In this document: positions 51,088 through 63,900 of the stretch, in pieces
Numbering within the stretch: position 1 is the first letter of the stretch
How the letters are laid out: each line of letters opens with the position of its first letter
Source of the DNA: Takakia lepidozioides
Lineage: Eukaryota; Plantae; Bryophyta
Assembly: GCA_030704615.1 (NCBI GenBank)
Contig: CM060734.1
Coordinates: forward strand, 51,832,001 to 51,896,000
Direction: 5' to 3'
DNA: 64,000 nt
The notes under the pieces: model-generated
The model's database searches: none
What the model was told of the DNA's origin: nothing
What the model saw: the letters and a program-made list of their open reading frames with translations, nothing else
Made by a program: the position numbers and the translations under genes

Positions 51088-51224
51088 AGCCGCCCAAGCA
51101 ACCTCTGCCCGAAGTAAAATAGATTGAGCTTGAGCCTTTTGCAAAGCAACATAAAAGCCGCCCCAGCAACCTCTGCCCTACGTAAAATAGATTGAGCTTA
51201 AGCCTTTTGCAAAACAACATAAAC
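51088..51224 (+). repeat. ~68-bp tandem duplication
   Basis: GCCGCCC..AGCAACCTCTGCCC..GTAAAATAGATTGAGCTT..AACATAAA occurs twice. Confidence 0.8.
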
Positions 51225-51471
51225 TCGTTCTCTAAAGAAAGCTACAAGAACAGAGGCGTATGGGCTTCCAAGGCTTTTGTTTCCCGTTGCACGATGGGCA
51301 GATGTGCGAAGGAACTCTTGAACTGATGATGCAAACAGCCAAAGATCTCGACCGCCAAAGGAAGGAATGTGTCTATGGAATGACATGCCCCATAGTCATG
51401 CTCTTTTCCCTGTGCAGCCTACTCAAGCGGCAACTCCCTGTGATGAGCTTGTGTGGGGAATGAGATCCGAC

Positions 51472-51950
51472 CTAATAGGATGAGCGATGACAACGTCCCC
51501 CAATGTAGGCAGTCCGAGAGAACAATGTCAACCCGTCGTCGAGTGGAATGGTGATCGTGGGTCGATGGGAGTATGTGCACATGCTCTCAAATGACATGTA
51601 TCCCAGCAACTGGACGACGTCATGGGTGGTAGTGCATTCTCGACCGCAAGGGCAACAAAGAAGATGTACGCCGAGTGAATCCAGAGGATGGCGACAAACA
51701 CACTGTTGTAGTCCTAACACATGGGTGTGGAAGACCCACTCGAACTTGTAGGGAGGTGGTAAATACAATAGAAGACATACGGAAAGGTGCAATGGGTGGT
51801 CATACCGTGGGCGTACCGTGAGCCACGTGCCTGCTCCGGGCCCTGCGCACTAGAGAAGTCTAGCCCGATGTGTATGTGAAGGAGCGTCGGATGTGAAGGA
51901 GCGTCTGAAAGCATGCTGGCAAATGAGTGTCGGTGCATACGTTCCGTGAT
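51472..51950 (-). mobile_element. Non-LTR retrotransposon C-terminal fragment (zinc knuckle plus restriction-like endonuclease; CRE/R2-type)
   Basis: CVCRHPLDSLGVHLLCC..GRECTTTHDVV followed by ..TLGDVVIAHP. Confidence 0.6.
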
Positions 51951-53654
51951 GCTTCACATGATAACACACCTTCTTTTTATTTTTCACTTGTTTTCTCACA
52001 TGTTTTGCTGTGGGGTGCTTTGTGCTCAACAATTGAGGGATCAAAAAATCCAATTGAAGTGGGCAGGTCAAAATTCGATATGAAAAAATTATTTTTGGAC
52101 AATTCTACCCCTCAACTTCAGTCCATGTCATCCTTCAAAAATATCAATCCAAGCTGGTAAATTTTGAAGCAAAGGAATCCACACTGAAAACCTGTGCCCA
52201 GCAGGACCCACTCCATAAAGGCAACGGCATCCATAGTAGTAAACTCATAGATATCATCTACATTCATCCATGAATTAAATATATCACAAGGAACTTGTTC
52301 CAGTTCCATGCGACCCAACGCTCGATAGGGCCATGGCCGGGGCTAGCTTGCGGTCAGCTCTAGTGTTAGTGACTTCCGATACTCTTCACTGAATTTCGAG
52401 AGTGAAGTAGCAAACTTGGTGCATGAAAGATGAAGGGATTGCAGTGAGGTATATATGAGGTTAGCGAGCCTTGCAAAAGTCTTCACTGAATTTCCAGAGT
52501 TGAGCAGCCAACTTCGTATCGTTTCCGTAGCCCCCGCAAGTAGCTTCCAGCTTGCAGTTCACAAAATATTTTCCAGAGATTTCCGTGAGATTCGGCTGAG
52601 TTGCAGCATAGCAGGAAATAGCTGCCCCCTGCACATAGCATCACCGTCCATTCTATAGACTTTAATACAAAGGGAAAAAGAAGACCTAATTATATCTCAA
52701 GTAGTTACTGCGTATGCTTGTCTGGAAAACTTGACAGTAAAGGATCAGTAGAAAGGTGTACTAGAGTGCAGGGGCTTTGATTTCTGCAATAGATCGATCC
52801 GAAGTCGATTTAACATGATCGCAAGGCTACGAAGCACACTAGTTAGGTGTACTAGACTAGTGCTTCAAGATGAATCTGCAATGTTACTACAATGGATCAA
52901 ATTTGAGAAGTATTCGCCATGTGCACATAATTGACGATTGTAATTCAAAAAGGGCTGAGCAATACAACTGAGCAGTATAGTATATCTAGATTTTGGAGGG
53001 GTGGAGAAGTCCGGCCATGAACAACAAAGGTTGTAGATTTTCTTGCATGTAGTCTGTCGTTGAGAGGAAGCTGGAAAAAACAACGAGCCGTTTGTACAAT
53101 GAGTAAGTACTCCATGTAGGTCTCACTATTTTAAAAAATTCTTGACTAGGAACTATAATGGTAGAGTAAGAAACTTGGCCTTATTTTGAACTGATTTTCC
53201 GTACCTGTGGGACTGATTTCAAGTATCGGATAAAGGAAAGGATTACACAAATTTCACGATCTTCAGCTCTCATTCTTTTGTTTCTATCTCTTACAACTTC
53301 CCATACCCATGTGCATGTGGTACAACCAATTCACTACTAGTTACCCTGATGAGGAATTCTTATGCTGCAAATTTTAGGATCAGTATTATCTTGAGATATA
53401 TAAAGACAAGAGAGAGATAGCGGTACATGAGAGAACTAGCGATAACGAACACATGAGACTGGGATGAAGAGAAATGTAAAGCTGTAGCTTCACAGGTTAA
53501 ATAGTTACTGAGTAGTTACTTCAATTGATCAATGTCTTCTCAACTTGAAGACGACTATGAACGAGCATCTTTCAATTACAGATGCCAGATTGAATTTCAT
53601 GTGGGCTTATACCTAGCGGTATGAAGAATATCTCCCGTGCGGGTCGTAGCATGT

Positions 53655-53656
<2 letters not shown>

Positions 53657-53697
<41 letters not shown>
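53657..53697 (+). repeat. (GA)n microsatellite
   Basis: About 20 GA units. Confidence 0.95.
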
Positions 53698-53701
<4 letters not shown>

Positions 53702-54169
53702 GAGACGCCTAGCAAGCTCCACAGCATGCCGAATATTGGCAAGTTTTGACTGTGCATATGCCCGAGGGTAGCTATACCTGCATTCATGTAAACTAGTCTG
53801 CTGTTACAACGCTTGGACCCTAAATAGCTGGATGTTCCTGAAGTTACTTGGCGGATAACTTGCATATTGCAAGTAGCAGGGAGTGGGGTTTCAATGCACT
53901 CAGCGGACCAGTTTACAAATTATGGAAGGCAACAGGTTGAGGGCCATTACCTGGCTACTCTAGAATTACAGTGTCTCTCCCATGACGAAAGCCTGGGCAT
54001 CAATCAAACACTGAGCGCTCAGAACCCGTCAAATTTCCAAGTTGTGAGATTTCTCTACTTCAGTCTCTGTACATGTACTATGTATGGGCCTTTTTGCATC
54101 ATAAAATATCTTGTTCAAGATAAGCCTCTTCGGTATCTGTATGTCCATCTGACTGAAGGGGAAATATGT

Positions 54170-55675
54170 GCTTACCTCTCTTTCTTGGTCAGCTGGCGAA
54201 AGTCAATCCCGACCCTGTAACTGTATTTGTGCATGAATCACGACACATTGACAATCCGATGTTTGCGCTCTCTCAGCAATAAGTTCGTCAACAAAAAATG
54301 GCCTGCACAAAATATCCCATAAATCACCACCTCAGCGGCCTCCCACAAATTTAAGATGGTTCTGTCTACTCTGAAAAGGGCCATTGACGCCATATAACTT
54401 GCCCCACGGGTATATATATATACTAAACTGTCGTGCAAACCACGCTCCTGTGGATATGGGATATATATGTTTCCTATGGTAATAACCTAGGAGCTGCCTA
54501 AATTAGCACCCGTGTGCTCGGGGATGGACGAGTCGCCAGACGATCACAGTGATTATACAGATCAGAAGTTTGTGTCGCGATTCAAGATGGTTGGTCAAAA
54601 AGATTTAACCTAGAGGATCGACGTTACAGAACGCATTTGCGGTTTGGAAAACATACCCAGATGGTTGGCGGCAAATACCATTTCAATGCCATCGTCAGAC
54701 AGGCGGAAGTCGGTGAAGTATACGCCTGCATTGTTGCTTGATCGTCGAGTACACACAGTACAGTACAGTACCCCGCTCAGAAAAAAAATTAGTTCGGATC
54801 TCCTTACAAGTACAATTTCATAATGTCGGATCAGCGCTAATATGTGCAAACCCTTTCAGTTTACAATTTCCCATCCAGTTCCCATCTAACCTCTCTGTCT
54901 CCCGTCTAACCTCTCTGTCTCTCGTTGTTCAAAATCTCCACTTCCTTTTGTTAAAAGAGAAGGGATCTTCATGGTGAGTCATGCTACCGGAGTGAGCCCC
55001 TCACAAAGGTCTATTCCCTTTGGTTCCGCCCAAACTGGGCGGGGATCTATGGCCACAAGGCTAAGTATGAACACAACGGATTATGAGTACATTTCTCCAC
55101 CTGCATTTAAAATGATAGAAAATCAGGCTCCGTTTCAAGTAGACCCTTCCTGGATGCGGCCATAATTACATGCTTCAAGTAGAGAAGTTTCAACTCTCAA
55201 ATTACAAAGGATGTTGAGTGGTAGGTTCCTCGACTTGAAGCTCTCAGCGAAATCGCGAACAGAGGTTAGAGAGCTAAGATCGAGATGCATAAATCAATTC
55301 CTGGCGTTTGCCGCCTCTGCCAAAATGTGGGCCTTCACTTGCTCCCCCAATTTGTCGTTGCGGTCTGCGATGATCACGTGTGCCCCTCTCTTGGCTAACG
55401 CTCTTAAAGTTTTCCTCTCCTAAACCGGATGTCGCTCCTGTTACATACTTCACATACACATTTTATTCACTTGTTACTCGGTTGTAACGTAGGACTCTCT
55501 CCCTATCTCTCTCTCTCTCCGCATATACACGCACTGTGGTCAAGTGCTGCAAGCTGGTGGATGCTACTATTCCAGAAATACTACATCTGTCGTGTCTTAA
55601 GGTACACCGTCTTCTCAAAGGGCATTCTAGATTTTCTGCAACCTCTCCCACTGCGGGGGCCGGGTCTTCCTTACT
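54170..55675 (-). pseudogene. Tic32 / retinol dehydrogenase-like SDR pseudogene
   Basis: VTGATSGLG..ALAKRGAHVII..LDLSSLTSVRDFA..LPLNIL | NNAGV..SDDGIEMVFAANHLG | HFLLTNLLL..RIVNVS*; frameshifts, a stop and no 3' exons found. Confidence 0.8.
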
Positions 55676-57482
55676 TCTAGTCTCCTTCTAGTTCTGCAAA
55701 TCCACGTGCCAATTCCTAAATGTAAGGCATCCAAGGTTTGAGCAGCTGTGACGGTCATGATTTTCACATATCTCAGTACGAAGAAAGAAAAAACAGAAAG
55801 AAAAGCGATTTAAAGCCCCGCACCTGTGACAATGGCTGTGTAAGACTCGAGGGAGACAGAAGCAGTGACATCTTCAGCTGGGGAGCAGAAGCCAAACTTC
55901 TTGTGTCCTGGGCTCTCAACTGCACCCATCTCCACGATCTCCTCTAGCTATACTTACTTCTCGCAAACCCCTCTCATTGCGCTACTTCAGTGCGCGCAAT
56001 CCAGGTATTCTGCTGCCTAAAGGGACTGAGTCTGGTAGCAAATGGCAGCCGCTAATCCTAATCAAGGCTGCTTCTGTCACAACAGATTTGACAAGGATAC
56101 TTCGCACGCTCGACATAAACTCGTAGGATCAGTTCCAATAAAAACTGCATGTCCACCTTTCAAAGCAGAATGGATTTACGTCAGCCAACTGTGGTTGCTT
56201 TATGGCATGCATATGCTTCTTGGCGAAATTCAAAGAGCTAGAAGCGATTCAAGGACATTGTGACATGACATGAAGTCAAAAGAAAAGACAAAAGAATGCG
56301 TATCACGTGAAAAGCAAAATTGAAAAACAACTTGTCCAAAAGAGAGGTACAAATTTCTTGTAATCTTACTAGTAAGTCCACCTAGTAAAGTAAAGTGCAG
56401 TGCATACTACTAGTCAACACACAGCCCATCAAGGGGCCATGGACGATTGAAGGCACATGTTGAAGGATTGAACCCAGCTCTCAACGTATCCTAATGCCTA
56501 CTATTGAGTACTACAACAATAAAACCTAATCGCTACCAAACTCCCCCCCAAATAAGCTGAATTACCCTCACGTTGGGGCTTCTCTCCCCCCTAGAATGTT
56601 TTATTTCAAGATTGGCCGATGCCATTGTATTTAAGAATGTTTCTTCTATCTGTGATAGCACTATCAGTCAGTAGCTCGGTTGTGTAGTGCACTGAGCGCC
56701 ACTTAGATGATTCTGGGGTCAAATCCTGCTACATTGCTGGGTGTGGTTCCCGTTGGGCGGTGTCCCATCGGCAAGCAAGCCTTCAGGGGGAGGTTAGTGT
56801 GAAAGAGGTTAACTGGGCGGTTCAAGAAAGCTGCCCGACCCAACATTCCATTGGATATTGTCCGGACAACAACAAGACAATTTCACCAGTGTGGATGGGG
56901 GCATAAAGAAGACTGTGTGGCCTGGAGTCCCACGTGGCCTTTTTATTGCTACTGCATAGCCGTGCAAAATGTGAGATTGAGACTCCACTGAGGTCCATCT
57001 GTGGAAGAAGGGACAGTCAAACTGAATCGCCCAAACCATCATCCCTGCTCACCATCGTCTGTAGTCCTGTGATTGAAATGTGGTCCTCTGGGATTCATCA
57101 GCAGACACATCCAACCCATGTGTCCTTCAGGTGTCCCTGCCTCTGCAACAAAGGTGCTCCTGAAGGTCCTCCTCCCTTGCTCAAAGTAGCAGACAAGACA
57201 ACCCATAATTATTTAGGGAGAAAACGCCCCATCGACCCTGGGTACCTGCAAGACACTAGTTGCTATCCAACACAAGTTTCAGAAAAGGTTTCCACTTTGC
57301 GAGGCAGACTGGGAGAAATTCCAAGTACACAGTGACACTCCGACTGTGGCTGGCAACTGTGAGAGAGTTGTCTTAGACCTTATGTCCCACTATCTAGATA
57401 CATGTCTGTTTGAGGAGTAGTTTTGGTAGTAGGAGGATTAAACATCCCAAGATTGAGATTCATAGACTTGGGGGATCCAGCT

Positions 57483-58561
57483 AGGGAATTCCAAAAAGGC
57501 CTGTGGTGAAAATGCATTGCAATTCACTTGATCACCCGCCTAAAAGTGCGCAATTCAATAGAATTGCCCTTCAATTGAACTGCCAAAACTAGCTTGAAAA
57601 CACCCCTAATTTGCAAATCAATGCTGAATTGCTAACTATAATTTTTAACTTATTTCTGGATATATTATATATGTATGGGTATATATATACAGATTCAAAT
57701 TATACATATATGCATACAAAAGTATAAGCTGAAAATAAATGTTGCCCGTCTATCCATTGCCCGTGGTAAGGGGTGTCGAGATAAGTCTAAGGGAGAGGGG
57801 GAGAGGGAGAGAGAGAGGAAGTCACAAAACACCGGCCCTAAAAGTGGGATTGTCCCTCTTTGTTGATGTTGGTGCCAATATAGCTATGTACATTATACCA
57901 AACATAATTCCAATGTAATAAGAGTATCAATGTATAAGAAGGGTTTGATATATTAAACTCTGTATGGAACATACATCCCAACTTCAACATGATACCTGGT
58001 ATCGAAAAAATATTATTTTTAACAATTCTAAAGATGAACAGATCATTTGTTTTATTTGGGGTGTTCATGGGCCACGAGTGTCAGGGGACTACATGATGAT
58101 TGCCAGGGGAAGCATTTCATCAATTGTCAGGTTTGATTTTGTCTGTTTTCTTCAGAGCCAGCCATGTTTCTTTCACCAGTGAATCACAGGAAGCTGCTGG
58201 TCTCTCTCCCTCTCTTTGGCTCTCCCTATCTCATTGAGGCTGGCGGGCTTCAACAACTCCACGATTTCATGGGGGTGCAGCAAGGATAGACGGGCAACAT
58301 GTATTTTTAGCTTATACTCTCATATATTATATATAGGTATAACTTGAATATATATATAGACATATACATTATATATATTATATTCAGAAATAAGTTAAAA
58401 AATATAGATTACAATTCAATTCAATTGCAAATTAGGGTTGTTTTCAAGCTAGTTTTCGCAGTTCAATTGAGTTGCAAGGGCAAAACAATTGAATTGCGCA
58501 CTTTTAGGGGTGATTCAAGTGACTGCATGCATTTCACATCAGGGCCTTTTTGGAATTCCCT
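57483..58561. mobile_element. Non-autonomous foldback / long-TIR DNA element (Mutator- or hAT-like)
   Basis: ~280-bp inverted repeats (57483-57760 and 58280-58561; AGGGAATTCCAAAAAGGCC ends); flanks ATCCAGCT and ATCCAGCA. Confidence 0.8.
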
Positions 58562-59191
58562 ATCCAGCACATGAAAATTCTAAAACTTATGTTTAATAAA
58601 TTGCATCAAGCATGCATGCAGAATGCCGTTGAAGAAGTTCGGATGATGGCTTATTGCATATATATATCAGTTAATTGTTTCTCAACTGTGTCTATCTTGA
58701 GGAACCAGAGAAAAAGGGGCGAGATTTGTGACTTCAGTCGCCACGGCATTACTAGTTATTAGTCCCTGAAGTCATCGATTGGCTCCACTGCCATTGCATT
58801 CAAGGCATGCGTTCTACGTACCGTGCAGTCCCTGACGTCCCTGACGTATCTGACATACCCGGGCGATGACTCTCATCATTCCTCATTTCATTCTCTCCAT
58901 TAATATTCGCTGCCGCTTCATAATGAAATGTTCAGAGAGTGCAGAATTTTTTCTTCGTCAGCTTTGAAGACGCATTACACTCGTCTCCAGCGGCCGGAGC
59001 TACCTGCTCGGTTTGCCAATGGTTGCTCAAGTTGCTCTCCGGATCTCTCACGGGAGCATCTGATCTGGTAGACTGTCTCATTTCTGTGCATCCTATGTTG
59101 CATTGAACTTGAGCACCTGTAGGTGATCGGGGTCAGCTCTCAAGGAATCATCGATCAAATATTTACTAAAGAGCTACCACCGTGCAAAACC

Positions 59192-62100
59192 ATGGCAGAT
59201 TTTTCGATTGCGTTAGCAATTGGCTGGGGGCCTCTGGTGCTTTTGGTGTTGGCAATCAACTGGGTTGTGATCAGCCGACGAAAACCTGTACTGAAGGAAA
59301 GTGTAGAACTCCCTCGTGGCAACTGGAGTCGGCCATTTATTGGAGAGAGCTTGAGTTTCTTGTACTCAAGCCCCGATGACTTCTGCAAGAAGCGCCAGGC
59401 AAAGTGAGACATGTAATCTGATCTCTGTGAATATTTCGTGTAATACATATATAATGAGTTAGCGTTTGTTCATGTAAGTCTCTGGACCTCGCTCTACTTC
59501 AAGGTAACTCTAAAGATGCATGTATTTCCTGTGCCCGATTGGGTACAGACCCTTCGTACAAGATTAGATGCTTTTTATATCTATGGCTGTCACAGGTAAT
59601 CTTAGATTGACTTGTAAACACATTGGAAAATCACCAGTAGTTTACATAGTATATGCAGTCAGACAGCACGTACCTTGCACCAACCAAGTTAGATTGACGA
59701 ATTCAGCTAGTCCTGGCCTGCCAAATTATGCAGGCATGGAGATGAGTACATGACCTCTCTTGAAGGGACGCCCACCTTTGCAAGGACAACCGACGAAGCT
59801 GCCAAGTTTGTGCTTGCCAGCCAAGACGAAATGTTCAAAACAGCCTACCCCACCAGCGTGACTGAGATTATGAACCAGCCAACATTGGAAGGCCCGAAGA
59901 CTATTATGGGCATGACGAAGATCCGCCAAGCACTACAACCAGAATAAGTTGGCAAAGTGTGCGTTCCAAAAATTGGAGACGTTCATCACATGGCTCATGA
60001 AGTCATGGGAGGATGGCAAGGAAATCAACGTGGAGACTGAGATGACCAAAGTTTGTATATCATTACTCAGGCGCATTCAGTCTTCGCTTTTAATGACTTC
60101 CCATTGGTATACGAGCACATTAGTGCATGTCCAGATATGGCCCCTATGATACAGGTGCCACTGATAGTTGGTGTCTGTGTCGTCTACCTGCAAGCTGATC
60201 TCTCATTCGTCGTATATAGATCTATTTTAACCCATCTGACCTCCCCGCATGGTTTTGACATTTGGTGCTATAACGGAACCTGCTGCTGCCTGGGTGCGTG
60301 CAGTTGATGTTTCAAGTAGGCATGACCTTCCTCTGCGGTGTACCTCCCGGCAGCAAGGAGGTGAACGGCATGCTCCCTGATTTTAAGAAGATTGGAGGCG
60401 TATGGCTCGCAGTCCCCCTTAAAGTCCCCGGAACGCTCTTCCACAAGACACTCCAGGTATTTCTCCAAGCGCACTTACAGTGAACGGAGATCATCACACA
60501 TATTTATTTGAGTAACTGGAACGATTGACAGCACAAGATAAGTATAATCCTAGCGTTCAATTAGTTTCAGGAACTGGTTGCAAATTCAATGACGTCAGCC
60601 GTTTATCTCAGTGGAAAAGGCCGTGCGTGGAATCAAGGATTTAACAACAACATTGCCAATCTTTTAAAGGGGCGTCAGCTCATTCTTGACGACCCAAGTG
60701 TAGAAGCTGTTCTCCAATCTGAGATGCTAGAAAAGTCCTGAGTTTTGTCTCACCGCAGGCAAGGGACAGACTCTCCTCATATCTGGACCAGCTCTTTGAA
60801 ACAAGGGCGAAAGGCGGATCTCGAGATATTTCTTCCGACTACAATATGGTCAATAGGTTCCTTGAAGCACCGAACCTGGATGATGGCACCCTAATGTCGC
60901 ATACGGACATGAGGAACTGCATTGTTGGACTGTCCTTTGGTAGCCACACCACCATCTTCTTCCTCATCTGGCTGACTAAGTACATTACCGAGAATCGCGA
61001 AGTTATCGCAGCCCTCAAGGTAAGTTACCTGGATCATGGCGTTCGGTATTGCTCCTTGCGAAAATCTGCTTCAATTCTCTATCAACTTCTGCACTTGTGA
61101 ATTTTTCGCTTCATCAAGTATCCGTCTGCTGCCGAATTTTGCTGGAGTCCAAGTTCACGTCCAACCCAGTATAAACAGAGCACTCGGTTACGAATTGAAT
61201 GGTTCAAAAAAGTACATTTAGACAAAGACTGATTTGAGAGTGGTTGGCTCGCGACAGGAGGAGCATGCCGCAATCCGGGAGAAGAAGACATCATCCGTGG
61301 AGCCATTGACATGGGATGACTACAAGACCAAGATGCCTTATACCCAACAGGTGAATCTAAGTTCTCGGCCATCAATTCACTTCTCTCCTTTGTCATTAAT
61401 TCTTGAGTCATTGAATTATAGTCCAGTTGTTTTGGACCTGTGATAGGGATTTCCACCACTAGATTCCTCATACTTGGAGTCCATGAATGCAGGTCATTTT
61501 TGAAACTTTGAGGCTGTCTAATGTGACGACCGCGATCCCCAGGAAAACTGTCGACAATGTTGAATACAAGGGTGTGTTCCGAATTCCTTAATGGATAAGA
61601 GAAACAAACACGTGCACTGACATGATAGCAGTCTGAAAACCAGAACTTGCTCACTGTTCTAAATGTTTACCAACCTAGCTAGTCTGGACATGCCAGCATA
61701 ATTTCATTTCCTGGAAGTCCTTCGGTCTAGTGGGGGTCTTAGACGTAACTGAGATTTCTAAAACCTGAAAGCTGCGATGACTCCCCAAGTGCTCTAAACC
61801 TAGTTGTCCGGTGCTCTGGGTTCACGCAAAATGAACTGTTCGCACGTGGAATTTATGGAAGCTGAGCGCTGTGATGCACTTTGAGCACGTTAAAACTTAC
61901 CTACAGGTTAAAACTTACTAAACTGATAAAACAAGTACAGAGAGGACTCCCACACCCTTTCTGATGATTAATGAGTTCTACACGCATCTTCATGGGTGTC
62001 TGCAGGTAAGTTGTTTCCCAAGGGCTGGAAGGTATTGGTGTTCCTGCGCACCTTCCACTTGAACCCAAAGCTGTGGCCTAATCCTCTCAAGTTCGACCCC

Positions 62101-62779
62101 TCCCGCTTCCAGGTAGCAATTTCACTTCCAGTTCTACCCCTCTTTTATAGACCAGATGGTAGGGATCTACACGGTTGATCTCATTCGACTCAAATATGGA
62201 TCTATAGCGAGGTTTCATTACTGCAGTCTAAGCAGTTGTACATGGCACACACTCTGCCGATTCTAGGTGGCGCCAGCACCAGGCACCTTCATGCCGTTCG
62301 GGAATGGCTCCCATCACTGCCCAGGAAATGAGCTAGCCAAATTGACCGCCTCAGTATACATTCATCACCTTGTCACGAAATACAGGTATGTCGTCGATCC
62401 GTTAGCCTAATTAAGAGATCTTGCATCTTCTGTCGGATTTGAAATCAGCTCTAGCAAATTTACTACTGCTGTAGACGAATCTAGTTCACTGCTGAGACTG
62501 CTAAGATGTCTGAGTTCCCTAATTGTCAATGAGTGGAACAGCATGACACCTAGCAGCATCATGCAGCGTTTGTGACGAGTGATTATAATACAACTAGAGT
62601 GATTTCTAAGTAAATTAGTTGTCAGCACAAATCAGTTTATAATCTGATTCCCACATGCTGGGTGGGCTTTTGTGAAATTTTGCAGCTGGGAACTCGCTGG
62701 ACCCGACAAAGGCATTTCATTCTGGCCGTTTCCCAAGCCCATCGGAGGATTGCCACTCATTATCAATAAAGTCCACTAA
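59192..62779 (+). pseudogene. Cytochrome P450, CYP85 clan, 9 exons; 1-nt frameshift near 59945 (pseudogene or sequence error)
   Basis: Membrane anchor plus LPRGNWSRPFIGESL; I-helix IVGLSFGSHTT; VIFETLR; FDPSRF; FMPFGNGSHHCPGNELA; TAA at 62777-62779. Exon 2 reads CCA GAA t AAG TTG. Confidence 0.85.
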
Positions 62780-63089
62780 TCAGATGACGTGTGTACATGC
62801 CTACATCACTGGATCCATAGTGCCACTGTTGGCTCAAGACCGCTGTCGATTACCTTCTGCAGGCCTTTATAAGCAGCTCATGGTACGATAGTTAGTTATA
62901 GTTAACCTAACTCTGATCTTTGCCAGCTGATACATCCCGATGAGATGGGGACAAGACATTTAAGCGCGCACCTCGACTTACCACCTGGACCACTTGTTTC
63001 GATATGTGACTCTCACGCAGTGTAAGGGTGTAGCTTCTGTTGGAGGTGTCAAGGCTATAGCCCTTGCATGACACTTTGAGAATAGAAGG

Positions 63090-63161
63090 GGACGGGTAGC
63101 TCAATGGTAGAGCACCCCACTGAAATGGGAGAGGCCCTAGGTTCAATCCCTAGCCCGACCG
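63090..63161 (+). ncRNA. tRNA-like cloverleaf in the 5' LTR of the TRIM
   Basis: Same fold as the other copies with a few substitutions (loop CTGAAAT). Confidence 0.7.
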
Positions 63162-63299
63162 CACGCCAGTGGTTTTCCATCATGGTATTAGAGCAAAAGT
63201 TGGGGCGGTGGGCATTAGCATAAGGGCTACTATGCCTTGAGGGGGAGTGTTGGAGGTGTCAAGGCTATAGCCCTTGCACGACACTACAAGAACAGAATG

Positions 63300-63371
63300 G
63301 GACGGGTAGCTCAGTGGTAGAGCACCCCACCGGAATGGGGGAGGTCCTAGGTTCAATCCCTAGCCCGACCA
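63300..63371 (+). ncRNA. tRNA-like cloverleaf in the 3' LTR of the TRIM
   Basis: 72 nt; A box TAGCTCAGTGG; B box GGTTCAATCCC; paired D and T stems; 6/7 acceptor stem; TTTT about 12 nt downstream. Confidence 0.75.
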
Positions 63372-63744
63372 CATGCCAGTGGTTTTCCAACAGCTTCATG
63401 TTATGTGAGTTAGCTGAGTGTGCAGAGATACAACAGATTACTTTGTTTGCTCAATACAATTCAAGCTTGTTCATTACTTCTTTCTTGTGTATGTCTCATT
63501 GCATGATTGTGATGAGTATGTGATCTAAGACTTACCACTGGAAGCAGATTAGCAGAACTCAGTTGAAAAGTTAGGACACTGACCAATCCCATACCAACCG
63601 AAGGGGTATTTTTAATCAATCCCAATATGGATGTGGCTTGATTTTATTGCAAACGTGTGAGATGACGTGTACGGCCCGCGAGGTACAGCCGGGAACCCCG
63701 CTCCGCCAGCCTTGTCAGCGAGCTGGACGCCCCATGTCAAATCA

Positions 63745-63900
63745 TCCCCACCCCCCTTGACCCCTCCGCCCGCTGCCCCGCCCCTGCCCGCCCGTTGCTC
63801 CCCGTGCCCCCCTCACCCCCCCCCCCACGCCCGCCCCCGCCTGGGACCCCTTACCCCCGCCCCACCACTGGCCACGCGGCACCCCACAACACCGCCCGAT
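63745..63900 (+). repeat. C-rich low-complexity tract (G-rich on the minus strand)
   Basis: Many runs of three or more C. Confidence 0.7.

Larger units (their letters stand above)
63038..63392 (+). mobile_element. Complete TRIM (355 bp) with a tRNA-like domain in each LTR
   Basis: LTRs 63038-63182 and 63248-63392 (145 bp, TG...CA); PBS TGGTATTAGAGC; 65-bp internal domain; PPT TGAGGGGGAG; TSD GCTTC (63033-63037 and 63393-63397). Confidence 0.95.
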
